From a virus (lineage: Duplodnaviria > Heunggongvirae > Uroviricota > Caudoviricetes): a stretch of 56,411 nt of DNA. Position 1 is the stretch's first letter. Each line of letters begins with the position of its first letter. The notes under the pieces were generated by a model. It ran no database searches. It had not been told where the DNA came from and saw only the letters and a list, made by a program, of their open reading frames with translations. Of the stretch, positions 19,595-28,597 are shown piece after piece. The stretch is taken from the IMG/VR virus record IMGVR_UViG_3300031758_000005. One strand, given 5' to 3'. The translations under genes and the position numbers were made by a program.

Positions 19595-19709
19595 CAACAA
19601 AGAAATGAAGAAATTATTTTCTTTATTTCAAAACATAGAAAGCGATTCCGTCACCGGAGGACTTAAAAAATCACTTAATAGTGATGTCCTTTTGGTTGAC
19701 GGATTGTAG
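19581..19709 (+). CDS. N-terminal 42-aa segment of the 5'-3' exonuclease/RNase H (missing from the ORF track)
   Basis: MSNFDNKEMKKLF...NSDVLLVDGL-TAG; ends in the first catalytic motif (LLVDG) of FEN/T4 RNase H-type nucleases. Confidence 0.75.
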   Translation: MSNFDNKEMKKLFSLFQNIESDSVTGGLKKSLNSDVLLVDGL

Positions 19710-20653
19710 TGAATACTTACATTAGAAGTTTTATGGCCATTCCTTCTCTCAATGAGGATGGATTACATACAGGTGGTATTGCTGGTTTTTTGAAAAGCAT
19801 TGGGTATGCAATTAAATTACTTTCTCCTACCCGAGTTATTATTGTATTTGATGGTAAAGGTGGTAGTCAGAAACGCAGAAAGATTTATCCAGCGTACAAA
19901 AATGGTAGAAAGACAGATATTAGACTCAATCGTAATTACGAAGAACTATCGTCATCTGAAATAGAATCTGTAAATTTTAAAAAAGAATTAATTCGTACTA
20001 TAAATTATTTAGATACATTGCCTGTTACTGTAATGGCGATTGATCAAATAGAAGCAGACGATACAATTGCTTATTTAGCTACAGAAACTTTTAAGGACAG
20101 TAATGTAACAATTATGTCCACTGATAAAGACTTTTTACAATTGGCAAACGATAAAGTCAAAATTTGGAGTCCTGTCAAAAAGAGAATTTTTGGTTGTAAA
20201 GAAATCTTGGATGAATATGGTGTTACATGCAGCAACTATATCTTGTATAGAGTTATGGAAGGTGATGTAAGTGATAATATACCTGGTTTAGATGGTGTAG
20301 GTTTAAAACGTGTAGTAAAATCATTTCCTTTCTTATCAGAAGAACGTCAATATGATCTGAATGAGATTTACAATTACGCGGAGAATAACAAGAGTAAATA
20401 TAAAGTATATCAGACTGTATTAGACAACAAGTTATTACTTGAACGTAATTATAGTTTGATGCAGTTGAAAGATACGCAAGTGCAATCATTTACCCAGTTA
20501 CGTATAGAAGAAATTATAAAATCTCCTGTACGTAGAATTGATAAAATGAGCTTTTCTAAATTAATCACAGAGGACAAAATGTGGAATAATATCCCCAATT
20601 ATCACATTTGGCTCAATGAATGTTTCGGTAAATTAAATAGTTTCGTAGAATAA
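19709..20653 (+). CDS. rnh: 5'-3' exonuclease / flap endonuclease (T4 RNase H-like), main segment
   Basis: NTYIRSF, IVFDGKGG..RR..YP.YK..R, EADD.IA, STDKDFLQ, GD.SDNIPG..GVG.K; the GTG start overlaps the upstream TAG. Confidence 0.85.
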   Translation: MNTYIRSFMAIPSLNEDGLHTGGIAGFLKSIGYAIKLLSPTRVIIVFDGKGGSQKRRKIYPAYKNGRKTDIRLNRNYEELSSSEIESVNFKKELIRTINYLDTLPVTVMAIDQIEADDTIAYLATETFKDSNVTIMSTDKDFLQLANDKVKIWSPVKKRIFGCKEILDEYGVTCSNYILYRVMEGDVSDNIPGLDGVGLKRVVKSFPFLSEERQYDLNEIYNYAENNKSKYKVYQTVLDNKLLLERNYSLMQLKDTQVQSFTQLRIEEIIKSPVRRIDKMSFSKLITEDKMWNNIPNYHIWLNECFGKLNSFVE

Positions 20654-20673
20654 AAAATATCGGTTAATAAAAG

Positions 20674-20702
20674 TTGAAGGCCACTTAATTCAGTGGTATA
20701 GT
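20674..20702 (+). promoter_or_regulatory. Sigma70-like promoter
   Basis: TTGAAG-N17-TATAGT with TGG before the -10. Confidence 0.45.
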
Positions 20703-20713
20703 AGAGTTATCTT

Positions 20714-22096
20714 ATGGAAAACAAAAAAGCAATTGATTCATTAACAAAATACGGTCGTGACTTCCAAATCAAGTGTATTTCGTGCTTAATATCTGATCGT
20801 TCATTTATTGAACGTATTAACGATATTATCGAAGTAGATTTCTTTGAAAGTGATGCAAACAAGTGGGTTGTAAAAGAAAGTATTAAATACTTTAACGAGT
20901 ATAAAGATCTACCAACCTTAACCGTATTTAAAATTAAAGTTGATGAAGTAAATGATGAGCTTCTCAAACGAAGTATCGTAGACAATCTAAAGTTAGTTTA
21001 CCAAAAGGTAAGCGACAATGATTTGAAGTTTGTCAAAGAACAGTTCTTGGAATTCTGCAAAAATCAGAAACTAAAGAATGCTATTATTGAAAGTGCAGAC
21101 CTATTGGCACTTGGTCAATATGAAAAGATCAAGAATGTAGTTGATCACGCAATGAAAGCTGGTATGGAACGTAATATCGGCCACGATTATACTGAAGACG
21201 TTGAAAAACGTATGAGTGTAATGAGTCGTAATTGTGTCAAGACCAATTGGACTGAAATTGATACTATTATGGACGGCGGATTAGCAGCTGGTGAATTGGG
21301 TATTATTACAGCTTGTGCAGGTAGCGGTAAGAGTTGGGTACTATCTAAGTTAGGAGCTGAAGCTATGAAACAAGGTAAGAACGTAGTTCACTTCACTCTA
21401 GAATTGAATGAAAACTATGTGGGTCTTCGTTATGATGCTTGTTTTACTGGAATTGATTTCCAGAACATTCGTAACAACGTAGACATCGTAAAGCAGAAGA
21501 TTGCTGATGTGCCTGGCAAGTTGAAGATCAAGTACTTTCCAATTAAAACTGTAAGTGCTTATAGTCTTAAGGCTCATTGTGAACGATTGGCAGTACTAGG
21601 CACCAAAGTTGATATGATTATTGTTGACTATGCTGATATTCTACGTCCCTCACAGAGTGAACGTAATAGCAATAGTTATAGTGAAGCTGGTGGTATTTAT
21701 GAAGAACTTCGTGGTGTAGCTGGTGAATTACAAGTTCCTATTTGGAGTGCTTCACAGAGTAATCGTGCTGCTATGGATGAAGATATTATTCAGGCTAACA
21801 ACATTGCTGATAGTTATCGTAAGATTATGACCGCTGACTTTGTTATGAGTCTAAGTCGTAAAGTTAACGATAAACAAGCAAATACTGCACGATTCCACGT
21901 AATTAAGAATCGTTTCGGACCAGATGGTTTGACATTCCCAAGTAAAATGAACGCTGGTTGTGGTCACATCGAAATTTATGGCGAAAATAGCCGTGAGGGT
22001 ATGAGCATCTTGAATGAAATGATGGATGGTGAAAATCAAGTCAAAAAGGCTCTAAAATCCAAATGGAACGTTCATAACAACGATGATGAAGAATAA
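20714..22096 (+). CDS. Replicative helicase (DnaB / T4 gp41-like)
   Basis: GGL..GELG, Walker A AGSGKS, TLEL, IIVDYADIL, SASQSNR, KNRFGPDG. Confidence 0.92.
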   Translation: MENKKAIDSLTKYGRDFQIKCISCLISDRSFIERINDIIEVDFFESDANKWVVKESIKYFNEYKDLPTLTVFKIKVDEVNDELLKRSIVDNLKLVYQKVSDNDLKFVKEQFLEFCKNQKLKNAIIESADLLALGQYEKIKNVVDHAMKAGMERNIGHDYTEDVEKRMSVMSRNCVKTNWTEIDTIMDGGLAAGELGIITACAGSGKSWVLSKLGAEAMKQGKNVVHFTLELNENYVGLRYDACFTGIDFQNIRNNVDIVKQKIADVPGKLKIKYFPIKTVSAYSLKAHCERLAVLGTKVDMIIVDYADILRPSQSERNSNSYSEAGGIYEELRGVAGELQVPIWSASQSNRAAMDEDIIQANNIADSYRKIMTADFVMSLSRKVNDKQANTARFHVIKNRFGPDGLTFPSKMNAGCGHIEIYGENSREGMSILNEMMDGENQVKKALKSKWNVHNNDDEE

Positions 22097-22197
22097 TTGA
22101 TAGTATGTAACAGACAAAAAACATACAAAAAAATTATTAAAAAGTTATAATCTAAACACAAAAAGAACTATCCAAAAGATAGTTATTTTTTACCCAT

Positions 22198-24483
22198 ATG
22201 AATAAAGAAATTTTTATAAAGAAACGAAATGGTAATACTGAAAAGTTCAATGCAGACAAAATCAATAAGATTTTACAATGGGCTACAGAAGACATAAAAG
22301 GTGTTGGATTTGAAGAAGTAGCAATGAATGCACATTTGTCATTTTTTGATGGAATGACATCTAAGGACATTCACGCAATGTTAATTGAAGCTTCTGCAAA
22401 TCTTATTACAGAAGAGAAGCCAAACTATCAATTTGTGGCATCTCGTTTGTTGAATTATCAATTGAGAAAAAATGTTTGGGGAGGTAAGAATCCTCCTAAA
22501 CTATATGATCTAGTTAAAACTAATATTGATGCGTTAGTCTATGACTCATCTATTCTTGATTGGTATAGTAAACAAGAGTTTGATAAGCTAGATGAATATC
22601 TAAAGCATGACCGTGATTTTAATTTCACGTATGCCGGTATCAAACAGTTGTGTGATAAGTACTTGGTACAAAACAGAGTTACCAAAGTAATTTATGAAAC
22701 TCCGCAATTTGCATATATGCTTATTGCAATGACATTCTTTAAAGACTATAAAGAAAACCGTATTGAGTACGTAAAGAAAGCTTACAACTACTTTAGTAAA
22801 CATAAGATTAACCTACCCACACCAATTATGGCTGGGGTAAGAACTCCAATGAAGAGTTATGCTAGCTGTTCACTATTCACAGTAGATGATGATCTACGTA
22901 GTATTTTCAGTAACAACAGTGCAGTTGGTTTTGCTACTGCAAGTCGTTATGGTATTGGATTGAATCTATCAAGACTACGTGCTACTAATGCTCCTATTCG
23001 CAATGGTGAAGTAGTACACACAGGTCCAATTCCATTTGCTAAAGCATTTGAATCTACTGTAAAGAGTTGCCATCAAAATGGTATTCGTGGCGGTAGTGCA
23101 ACTGTAAACTTCGCTTGGTTCCATTATGATATTCTAGATATTCTTGTATTAAAGAACAATCAAGGTACCGATGATAATCGTGTACGTAAACTAGATTATT
23201 GTGTGGGGTTAGATAAACTAATCTTTGAACGTTTCTTGAAGAATCAAGATGTAACATTGTTTAGCTATCACGAATGTCCAAGTCTTTGGAATACCTTTGG
23301 CTTGGAAGGATTCAAGGAAAAGTATGAAAAAGCTGAAGCTAACAAGAACATTAAGTTCAAGAAGAAAGTACCTGCTCGTGAATTGATGGGACTTCTTGCT
23401 AAAGAACGTCTTGAGACAGGTCGTATTTATACAATGTTCGTTGATCACGCAAATGAACACGGTAGTTGGTTGGATCAAGTAGATACAAGCAATCTGTGTC
23501 TTGAAGTTAATCATCCGTTGATTCCTATTTATGACGTTAATGATCCAACTGGAGAAATTGGTGTTTGTGTCTTGGCAGCACTAAATTGGTTGGAAATTAA
23601 AGATGACAATGAAATGGAAAACGTTTGTGATATTATTGTTAGAATGTTGGATGCTTTGATTGATCATCAGGAATATTTCGTACCAGGCGCAAAAAACTTT
23701 GCTACTAAACGTCGTAGTCTAGGTGTTGGTGTAAGTAATTTGGCTGCTCTATTGGCTAAAGAAGGATTGAAGTATTGGGATACTAAAGCTCCAAACTTCG
23801 TAGCTCGGTGGATGGAAAAAACCAGTTACTATCTAATCAAGGCTAGTGTTGAAATGGCAAAAGAGTTGGGTAAGTGTGAGAAGTTTGATCGTACAAAATT
23901 CAGTCAAGGCATTCTTCCAATTGATACTTATAAGAGAGACGTTGATGAATTTATCACTGAACCTCTACATATGAATTGGGAAGCTCTAAGAGAAGAAATC
24001 AAGAAGTATGGCATGAGACACAGTACACTTACTGCTTGTATGCCTGTAGAATCAAGTAGTGTAATTCAAAGTAGCACCAATGGTATTGAACCACCTCGTA
24101 GTGCTATTAGTTTCAAAGGAAGCAAGAGTAACATTTTGCCTGTGGTGGTTCCAAATATTGATAAGTACAAGGATAATTATACCTTTGCTTTTGATATGCC
24201 AAGTAATGAAGGATATTTAAAGGTAGCGGCTGCTATTCAGAAATTCACAGATATGAGTATCAGCACTAACACTTACTATATTCCTTCACGTTATGAGAAG
24301 AATAAAGTACCCGTAGAGGTTGTTATTAAAGATATTTTGTTGGCATACAAGTATGGATTGAAGAATCTATATTACGCCAATACAGATGACGGTGATAAGC
24401 AAACAGCTATGGAAACAAAAACTGTTGAAGTGAAACCAGTAGTACAAGAATCCGGTTGTGAAAGCGGTGCTTGTGCTCTATAA
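22198..24483 (+). CDS. nrdA: Class Ia ribonucleotide reductase alpha subunit with N-terminal ATP cone
   Basis: KRNG..E.F...KI ATP cone, PTPIMAG.RT, SC, SNLCLE, MP.ESSS, NGIEP, LYY, C-terminal CESGAC. Confidence 0.96.
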   Translation: MNKEIFIKKRNGNTEKFNADKINKILQWATEDIKGVGFEEVAMNAHLSFFDGMTSKDIHAMLIEASANLITEEKPNYQFVASRLLNYQLRKNVWGGKNPPKLYDLVKTNIDALVYDSSILDWYSKQEFDKLDEYLKHDRDFNFTYAGIKQLCDKYLVQNRVTKVIYETPQFAYMLIAMTFFKDYKENRIEYVKKAYNYFSKHKINLPTPIMAGVRTPMKSYASCSLFTVDDDLRSIFSNNSAVGFATASRYGIGLNLSRLRATNAPIRNGEVVHTGPIPFAKAFESTVKSCHQNGIRGGSATVNFAWFHYDILDILVLKNNQGTDDNRVRKLDYCVGLDKLIFERFLKNQDVTLFSYHECPSLWNTFGLEGFKEKYEKAEANKNIKFKKKVPARELMGLLAKERLETGRIYTMFVDHANEHGSWLDQVDTSNLCLEVNHPLIPIYDVNDPTGEIGVCVLAALNWLEIKDDNEMENVCDIIVRMLDALIDHQEYFVPGAKNFATKRRSLGVGVSNLAALLAKEGLKYWDTKAPNFVARWMEKTSYYLIKASVEMAKELGKCEKFDRTKFSQGILPIDTYKRDVDEFITEPLHMNWEALREEIKKYGMRHSTLTACMPVESSSVIQSSTNGIEPPRSAISFKGSKSNILPVVVPNIDKYKDNYTFAFDMPSNEGYLKVAAAIQKFTDMSISTNTYYIPSRYEKNKVPVEVVIKDILLAYKYGLKNLYYANTDDGDKQTAMETKTVEVKPVVQESGCESGACAL

Positions 24484-24494
24484 TAGGAGGACAT

Positions 24495-25553
24495 ATGAAG
24501 ACAGTACTAAATAAGAAAAACATAGATCAGTTACGTAATCCAATGTTCTTGGGAGAAGATCTTTCGCTACAACGATATGATCAAATTAAGTATCCCAAGT
24601 TTTACGATCTGTATGATCAACAGCTAAACTTCTTTTGGCGACCACAAGAAGTGTCACTGGTAAAAGATATCAGTGATTACAAGAATCTTTCTCCTGAAGA
24701 ACGATTTGTTTTTGATAGTAATTTGAAGTTTCAAACTATGACTGATAGTATGTTGAGTCGTAGTATTCACGAACTGATGAAACATTGCACCAACAGTGAA
24801 TTGGAAATTTGTATGAATGCATGGAGTTTCTTTGAAACTATCCATAGTAACAGTTATACATACATCCTCAACAATGTTTATCCAGATGCTACCAAGTTCT
24901 TTGATAGTGTTTTGGAAGATCAAGAAATTGTTAAGAGGGCTAATGCAATCAGTAAGAAGTATGATGAACTACTAGCACCATCAGATGATGTTAAACAACA
25001 ATTGTTTGATGCGGTATTGGCAACTCAGATTACTGAGGGGTTGATTTTCTATGTATCATTTGCTTGTAGTTTCTACTTTGGATATCGTGGAAAGATGGAG
25101 GGTAACAGTAAGATTATTAAGTTTATCAGTAGAGATGAAAATCTTCACGTTGCTATTACCCAGAACATTATGAAGAACTGGATTAATAACCCAGAAGAGG
25201 GATTCCAAGATGTTGTTAAGAAGAATGAAGACAAGATCTACGCTGCTTATGAAATGGCAGTTAATGCTGAAAAGGATTGGGCAGATTATCTATTCAGTAA
25301 AGGTAGTTTGATTGGATTGACTGCGGAAAGTTTAAAGCATTATGTCGAATGGTTAGCTAATAACAGATTATCAAATATTGGATATAAGAAATTGTATCCA
25401 AACGCTAAGATTAATCCATTGGCTGGATGGTTGGATAGTTACTATGACAGCAAGAAACTACAAGTAGCTCCTCAAGAAACTGAATTGAGTAGTTATGTTA
25501 AAGGAGTCGATAATACCATCAGTGAAGGTGCTTTTGATGACTTCAAATTGTAA
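24495..25553 (+). CDS. nrdB: Class Ia ribonucleotide reductase beta subunit
   Basis: FFWRPQEV, ETIHSNSY, EGLIFYVSFA, RDENLH, APQETE; SD GGAGG precedes ATG 24495. Confidence 0.96.
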   Translation: MKTVLNKKNIDQLRNPMFLGEDLSLQRYDQIKYPKFYDLYDQQLNFFWRPQEVSLVKDISDYKNLSPEERFVFDSNLKFQTMTDSMLSRSIHELMKHCTNSELEICMNAWSFFETIHSNSYTYILNNVYPDATKFFDSVLEDQEIVKRANAISKKYDELLAPSDDVKQQLFDAVLATQITEGLIFYVSFACSFYFGYRGKMEGNSKIIKFISRDENLHVAITQNIMKNWINNPEEGFQDVVKKNEDKIYAAYEMAVNAEKDWADYLFSKGSLIGLTAESLKHYVEWLANNRLSNIGYKKLYPNAKINPLAGWLDSYYDSKKLQVAPQETELSSYVKGVDNTISEGAFDDFKL

Positions 25554-25580
25554 TTACAATTGTAAATAGTTAAAAAATGT

Positions 25581-25610
25581 AACGGGTACTTTAATTAGTA
25601 TCCGTTTTTT
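25581..25610 (+). terminator. Intrinsic terminator
   Basis: AACGGGTACT...AGTATCCGTT followed by a T-run after nrdB. Confidence 0.65.
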
Positions 25611-25634
25611 ATTATATTTATATTCATCTCTATT

Positions 25635-26189
25635 ATGGAAATCATTTTTGAATATCTTGAAAAAATATTGGTAATAAGCGCAGCTGGTGGCGTACTTTTT
25701 GGCGCTTTTAAGTGGATATTTACACTGAATCGGAATGTGAAGGAGATTTTGAAAGAAGTTAAGCCTAATTCTGGAACATCACTAAAAGATCAAGTTGCTA
25801 AGATTGAAAAACAGGTAAGTTGTGATAGTAATTTAATAAATACCATATGTAGAAGACAAAAATGGATATTGGATACTAGACCCGAACCAATATTTGAATG
25901 TGATGTCAATGGTAATTGTACGTGGGTAAATGAAAAATATTGTCAATTATTGAAACACGATGTAGAATATTTCTTGAATAATGGATGGAAAAACGGTGTA
26001 CACGGAGAAGATTTAGAAATGGTGGAAAAAGAGTGGGAAAGAGCTATTAAAGATAAAAGAAGTAGCACCAGTATACACAGAATGATTGATAGAGAAGGAA
26101 ATGTATATAACGTTAAAGTAGTAGCAACCAGAAATAATGGTTATGGGTATATAGGACATATTGAAGTATTAGACGATAAAAAAGATTAA
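25635..26189 (+). CDS. Membrane-anchored PAS-domain protein
   Basis: N-terminal hydrophobic helix, coiled coil, then IFECD.NG.CTWVN..YC.LL......GW...VH.ED...V..EW, a PAS signature. Confidence 0.7.
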   Translation: MEIIFEYLEKILVISAAGGVLFGAFKWIFTLNRNVKEILKEVKPNSGTSLKDQVAKIEKQVSCDSNLINTICRRQKWILDTRPEPIFECDVNGNCTWVNEKYCQLLKHDVEYFLNNGWKNGVHGEDLEMVEKEWERAIKDKRSSTSIHRMIDREGNVYNVKVVATRNNGYGYIGHIEVLDDKKD

Positions 26190-26226
26190 TAATTAGATAC
26201 CCAACACTATTTATATGTATATTAAT

Positions 26227-26862
26227 ATGAAGTCTTCTAAAGAATTAGTCAATAAACTCGTAAAAGAAACATTAGAACAAAAGTACACCAATGCTTCGGC
26301 TTCTTGGAGTGATTTAATCGACGAATTATCCAAAGAAATTAAGAAGCCAATCGAACTTGATGATGCTGGTAATTACAATGTATGTGACTGTGAACCACAT
26401 CATATTAGTATTAGACCAATTGTACACGGTATTTGTGACGTACAAGCATTCAGAGATTATAGCGATAGAACCAAAAAACTCTTTATGAAATTTGAAGATG
26501 TTAAGAAATTCGTAAAAGAATACTTAAAATCTGATATTTTAAATTATGTAGACAGTACTTTAGCCAAAGGTGTTGAAAACAGCAAAGATAAACAAGGTGG
26601 TAAAAAAGCCGATAAACAATCTGAATCTGAAGAAAACGTAGTTGATCCAGAAAAAGGATTTAAGATTGTAAAGAATGTCAAAGTTGATAATATGAACGAT
26701 CCAAAAGACGATCCTACTCAACCAATGCAAGCAGTTGGTAAGTTTGCTAAACAAGGCGATCATAAACCAAAGAAAGCAGAATACGTCCCACCTACATTGC
26801 CAAAGAATCTTCAAAAATTAGTTATTAAATATACCAAGGGTGGTAAAGCTAAAAAGAAGTAA
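26227..26862 (+). CDS. Hypothetical protein
   Basis: Long ORF after TATTTATA; charged C-terminus; start may be 26215. Confidence 0.6.
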   Translation: MKSSKELVNKLVKETLEQKYTNASASWSDLIDELSKEIKKPIELDDAGNYNVCDCEPHHISIRPIVHGICDVQAFRDYSDRTKKLFMKFEDVKKFVKEYLKSDILNYVDSTLAKGVENSKDKQGGKKADKQSESEENVVDPEKGFKIVKNVKVDNMNDPKDDPTQPMQAVGKFAKQGDHKPKKAEYVPPTLPKNLQKLVIKYTKGGKAKKK

Positions 26863-26892
26863 TTTATAAAGTTATAAAAACTGCAACTATTT

Positions 26893-27132
26893 ATGATTCC
26901 GGAATACAACCCAAACGATTATAACGCGGTAATATCACGAATAGATGTAAGTCTAAAAAATATTACCGAAAAATTAACTGCCATAGAATCTAGTGTAAAG
27001 ATAAATGTAGTTCAAGTAGAAAATAGATTGACGTTGTTAGAACAATTTAAATGGAAATTAATAGGTATAAGTACGGGTATAACTACTACATTTGCAGCAT
27101 TAGCGCATTATTTTACAAATAAACAGTCTTGA
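26893..27132 (+). CDS. Small coiled-coil protein with C-terminal TM helix (XhlA/holin-like architecture)
   Basis: 79 aa; RLTLLEQFKWKLIGISTGITTTFAALAHYF. Confidence 0.5.
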   Translation: MIPEYNPNDYNAVISRIDVSLKNITEKLTAIESSVKINVVQVENRLTLLEQFKWKLIGISTGITTTFAALAHYFTNKQS

Positions 27133-27157
27133 CAATTTTTCCATACTAACGTAGTAT
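27129..27157 (+). promoter_or_regulatory. Sigma70-like promoter
   Basis: TTGACA-N17-TAGTAT. Confidence 0.6.
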
Positions 27158-27175
27158 GGATAAGAAAGGTAAAAT

Positions 27176-27493
27176 ATGAAAAAATTAATTACTATCGCAG
27201 CATTGAGTGCAACTCTAGCTTCCCAAACATTTGCTGGCGATAGAGAATGGGCTACGGTTGGCAAAGTATTAACCGGAGTCGCCGTAATTCACGTTATCGA
27301 CAGAATTGTAAATCCCCCAACACACGTTGTATATGTACATCCACAACCAGTGGTTTATGCACAGCCTGTAGTAGTACAACCTCAACCTGTTGTATATTAT
27401 CAACCTGCTCCTGTTGTTTATGTACAACCAGCAGTAGTTGTATATGGATCTTGGGGTCGTCCAGTATACCATTATCATCACCATCATCATTGA
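27176..27493 (+). CDS. Secreted Pro/Val/Tyr-rich repeat protein with His tail
   Basis: Signal-peptide-like MKKLITIAALSATLASQTFA, QPVV(Y) repeats, HYHHHHH end; AAGG SD-like site upstream. Confidence 0.7.
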   Translation: MKKLITIAALSATLASQTFAGDREWATVGKVLTGVAVIHVIDRIVNPPTHVVYVHPQPVVYAQPVVVQPQPVVYYQPAPVVYVQPAVVVYGSWGRPVYHYHHHHH

Positions 27494-27514
27494 TAATATC
27501 ATTTAAAAAAACCC

Positions 27515-27547
27515 AAACCACCGTAACTGGTGGTTTTTTTATTTTTC
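27515..27547 (+). terminator. Intrinsic terminator
   Basis: AAACCACC-GTAACT-GGTGGTTT followed by a long T-run. Confidence 0.8.
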
Positions 27548-27550
27548 CGG

Positions 27551-27578
27551 TTGACTTCTTATAAATCCGTGGTAAGAT
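27551..27578 (+). promoter_or_regulatory. Sigma70-like extended -10 promoter
   Basis: TTGACT-N16-TAAGAT preceded by TGG. Confidence 0.6.
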
Positions 27579-27600
27579 GGTTTTACGGTAAGAAACGCAT

Positions 27601-28572
27601 ATGAAAAATAAAAACTCACTAAATCTGGTTACTGGCAAGGACTTCAATATCAAGGCTTATCTTGACACTTGTGTAAATCTACGTCCATCTTCTTTGATTA
27701 TGGACGATCTCAAGTGGAAGTATATGGTGCGTAGTGCTATTCGTGGCAAGAACATTCTGCTTCTTGGTCCAACTGGTTGTGGTAAGACTCTAGCAGCGCA
27801 AACTGTTGCTAAGGCTATTGGTCGTGAAGATAACTTCTTCTATTTTAATCTGGGTGCTACACAAGATGCTCGTAGTGCTTTGATTGGCAACACTCACTTT
27901 GATAAGAAGACTGGTACTCTATTTAAGGAGTCTAGTTTTATCAAGGCTATTCGTACTCCCAACGCTATCATTCTACTTGACGAAATTAGTCGTAGTCATC
28001 ACGATGGTGTTAATATTCTAATGACTGTTCTTGATGATCTACAACGTTATCTTCGTTTGGATGAAAAGGACGATTGTGAAGTCGTTAAGGTTGCTGAAGG
28101 TGTTACCTTTATCGCTACCGCTAACGTAGGTAACGAATATACCGCTACCCGTGTTATGGATCGTGCTCTACTTTCACGTTTTCCAGTCAAGATTGAAGTA
28201 ACTCCTCTTGACAAGGATAGTGAGTTTAATCTACTAAAAAACCGTTTCGACATTTCAACCGAAAATCAGCTTGATATGCTCAAGGCTGTTTGTGAAATTG
28301 CTGAACATACACGTAAGCAGGTTAAGCAAGATGATAGCAAGCTAACCAATTTTATTCCTACACGTAGTACAGTTGAAATTGCTGAACTTATTGTTGACGG
28401 ATTTAATTTGCTTGAAATTGCGGAGTCAACCATTTATCCTAACTTCAGTGATGATGGAGGTGTAGATAGTGAACGTACTTATATTCGTCAGCTTGTACAA
28501 AAGTACATCAAGGTTGAATCTAAGGAAAAGCTATTTAATGATCCACTAAAGAGTGATCAACCTCCTTTTTAA
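27601..28572 (+). CDS. MoxR/CbbQ/CobS-type AAA+ ATPase
   Basis: GPTGCGKT, ILLDEISR, FIATAN.G.EY, MDRALLSRF. Confidence 0.88.
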   Translation: MKNKNSLNLVTGKDFNIKAYLDTCVNLRPSSLIMDDLKWKYMVRSAIRGKNILLLGPTGCGKTLAAQTVAKAIGREDNFFYFNLGATQDARSALIGNTHFDKKTGTLFKESSFIKAIRTPNAIILLDEISRSHHDGVNILMTVLDDLQRYLRLDEKDDCEVVKVAEGVTFIATANVGNEYTATRVMDRALLSRFPVKIEVTPLDKDSEFNLLKNRFDISTENQLDMLKAVCEIAEHTRKQVKQDDSKLTNFIPTRSTVEIAELIVDGFNLLEIAESTIYPNFSDDGGVDSERTYIRQLVQKYIKVESKEKLFNDPLKSDQPPF

Positions 28573-28597
28573 TAACTAAATAAACAAACAAACTATT

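Noticed and set aside
19704-19712. TAG reassignment or readthrough as the explanation for the nuclease break
   Set aside because: The next in-frame codon is TGA and the downstream part is in another frame; other genes read intact in the standard code.
18616-19720. Group I intron housing the endonuclease
   Set aside because: uvsX ends normally, the nuclease gene starts after the endonuclease, and there is no non-coding room for a ribozyme core.
27470-27493. Poly-His end as a cloning-tag artifact
   Set aside because: Mixed CAT/CAC codons interrupted by Tyr, native terminator, no vector sequence.
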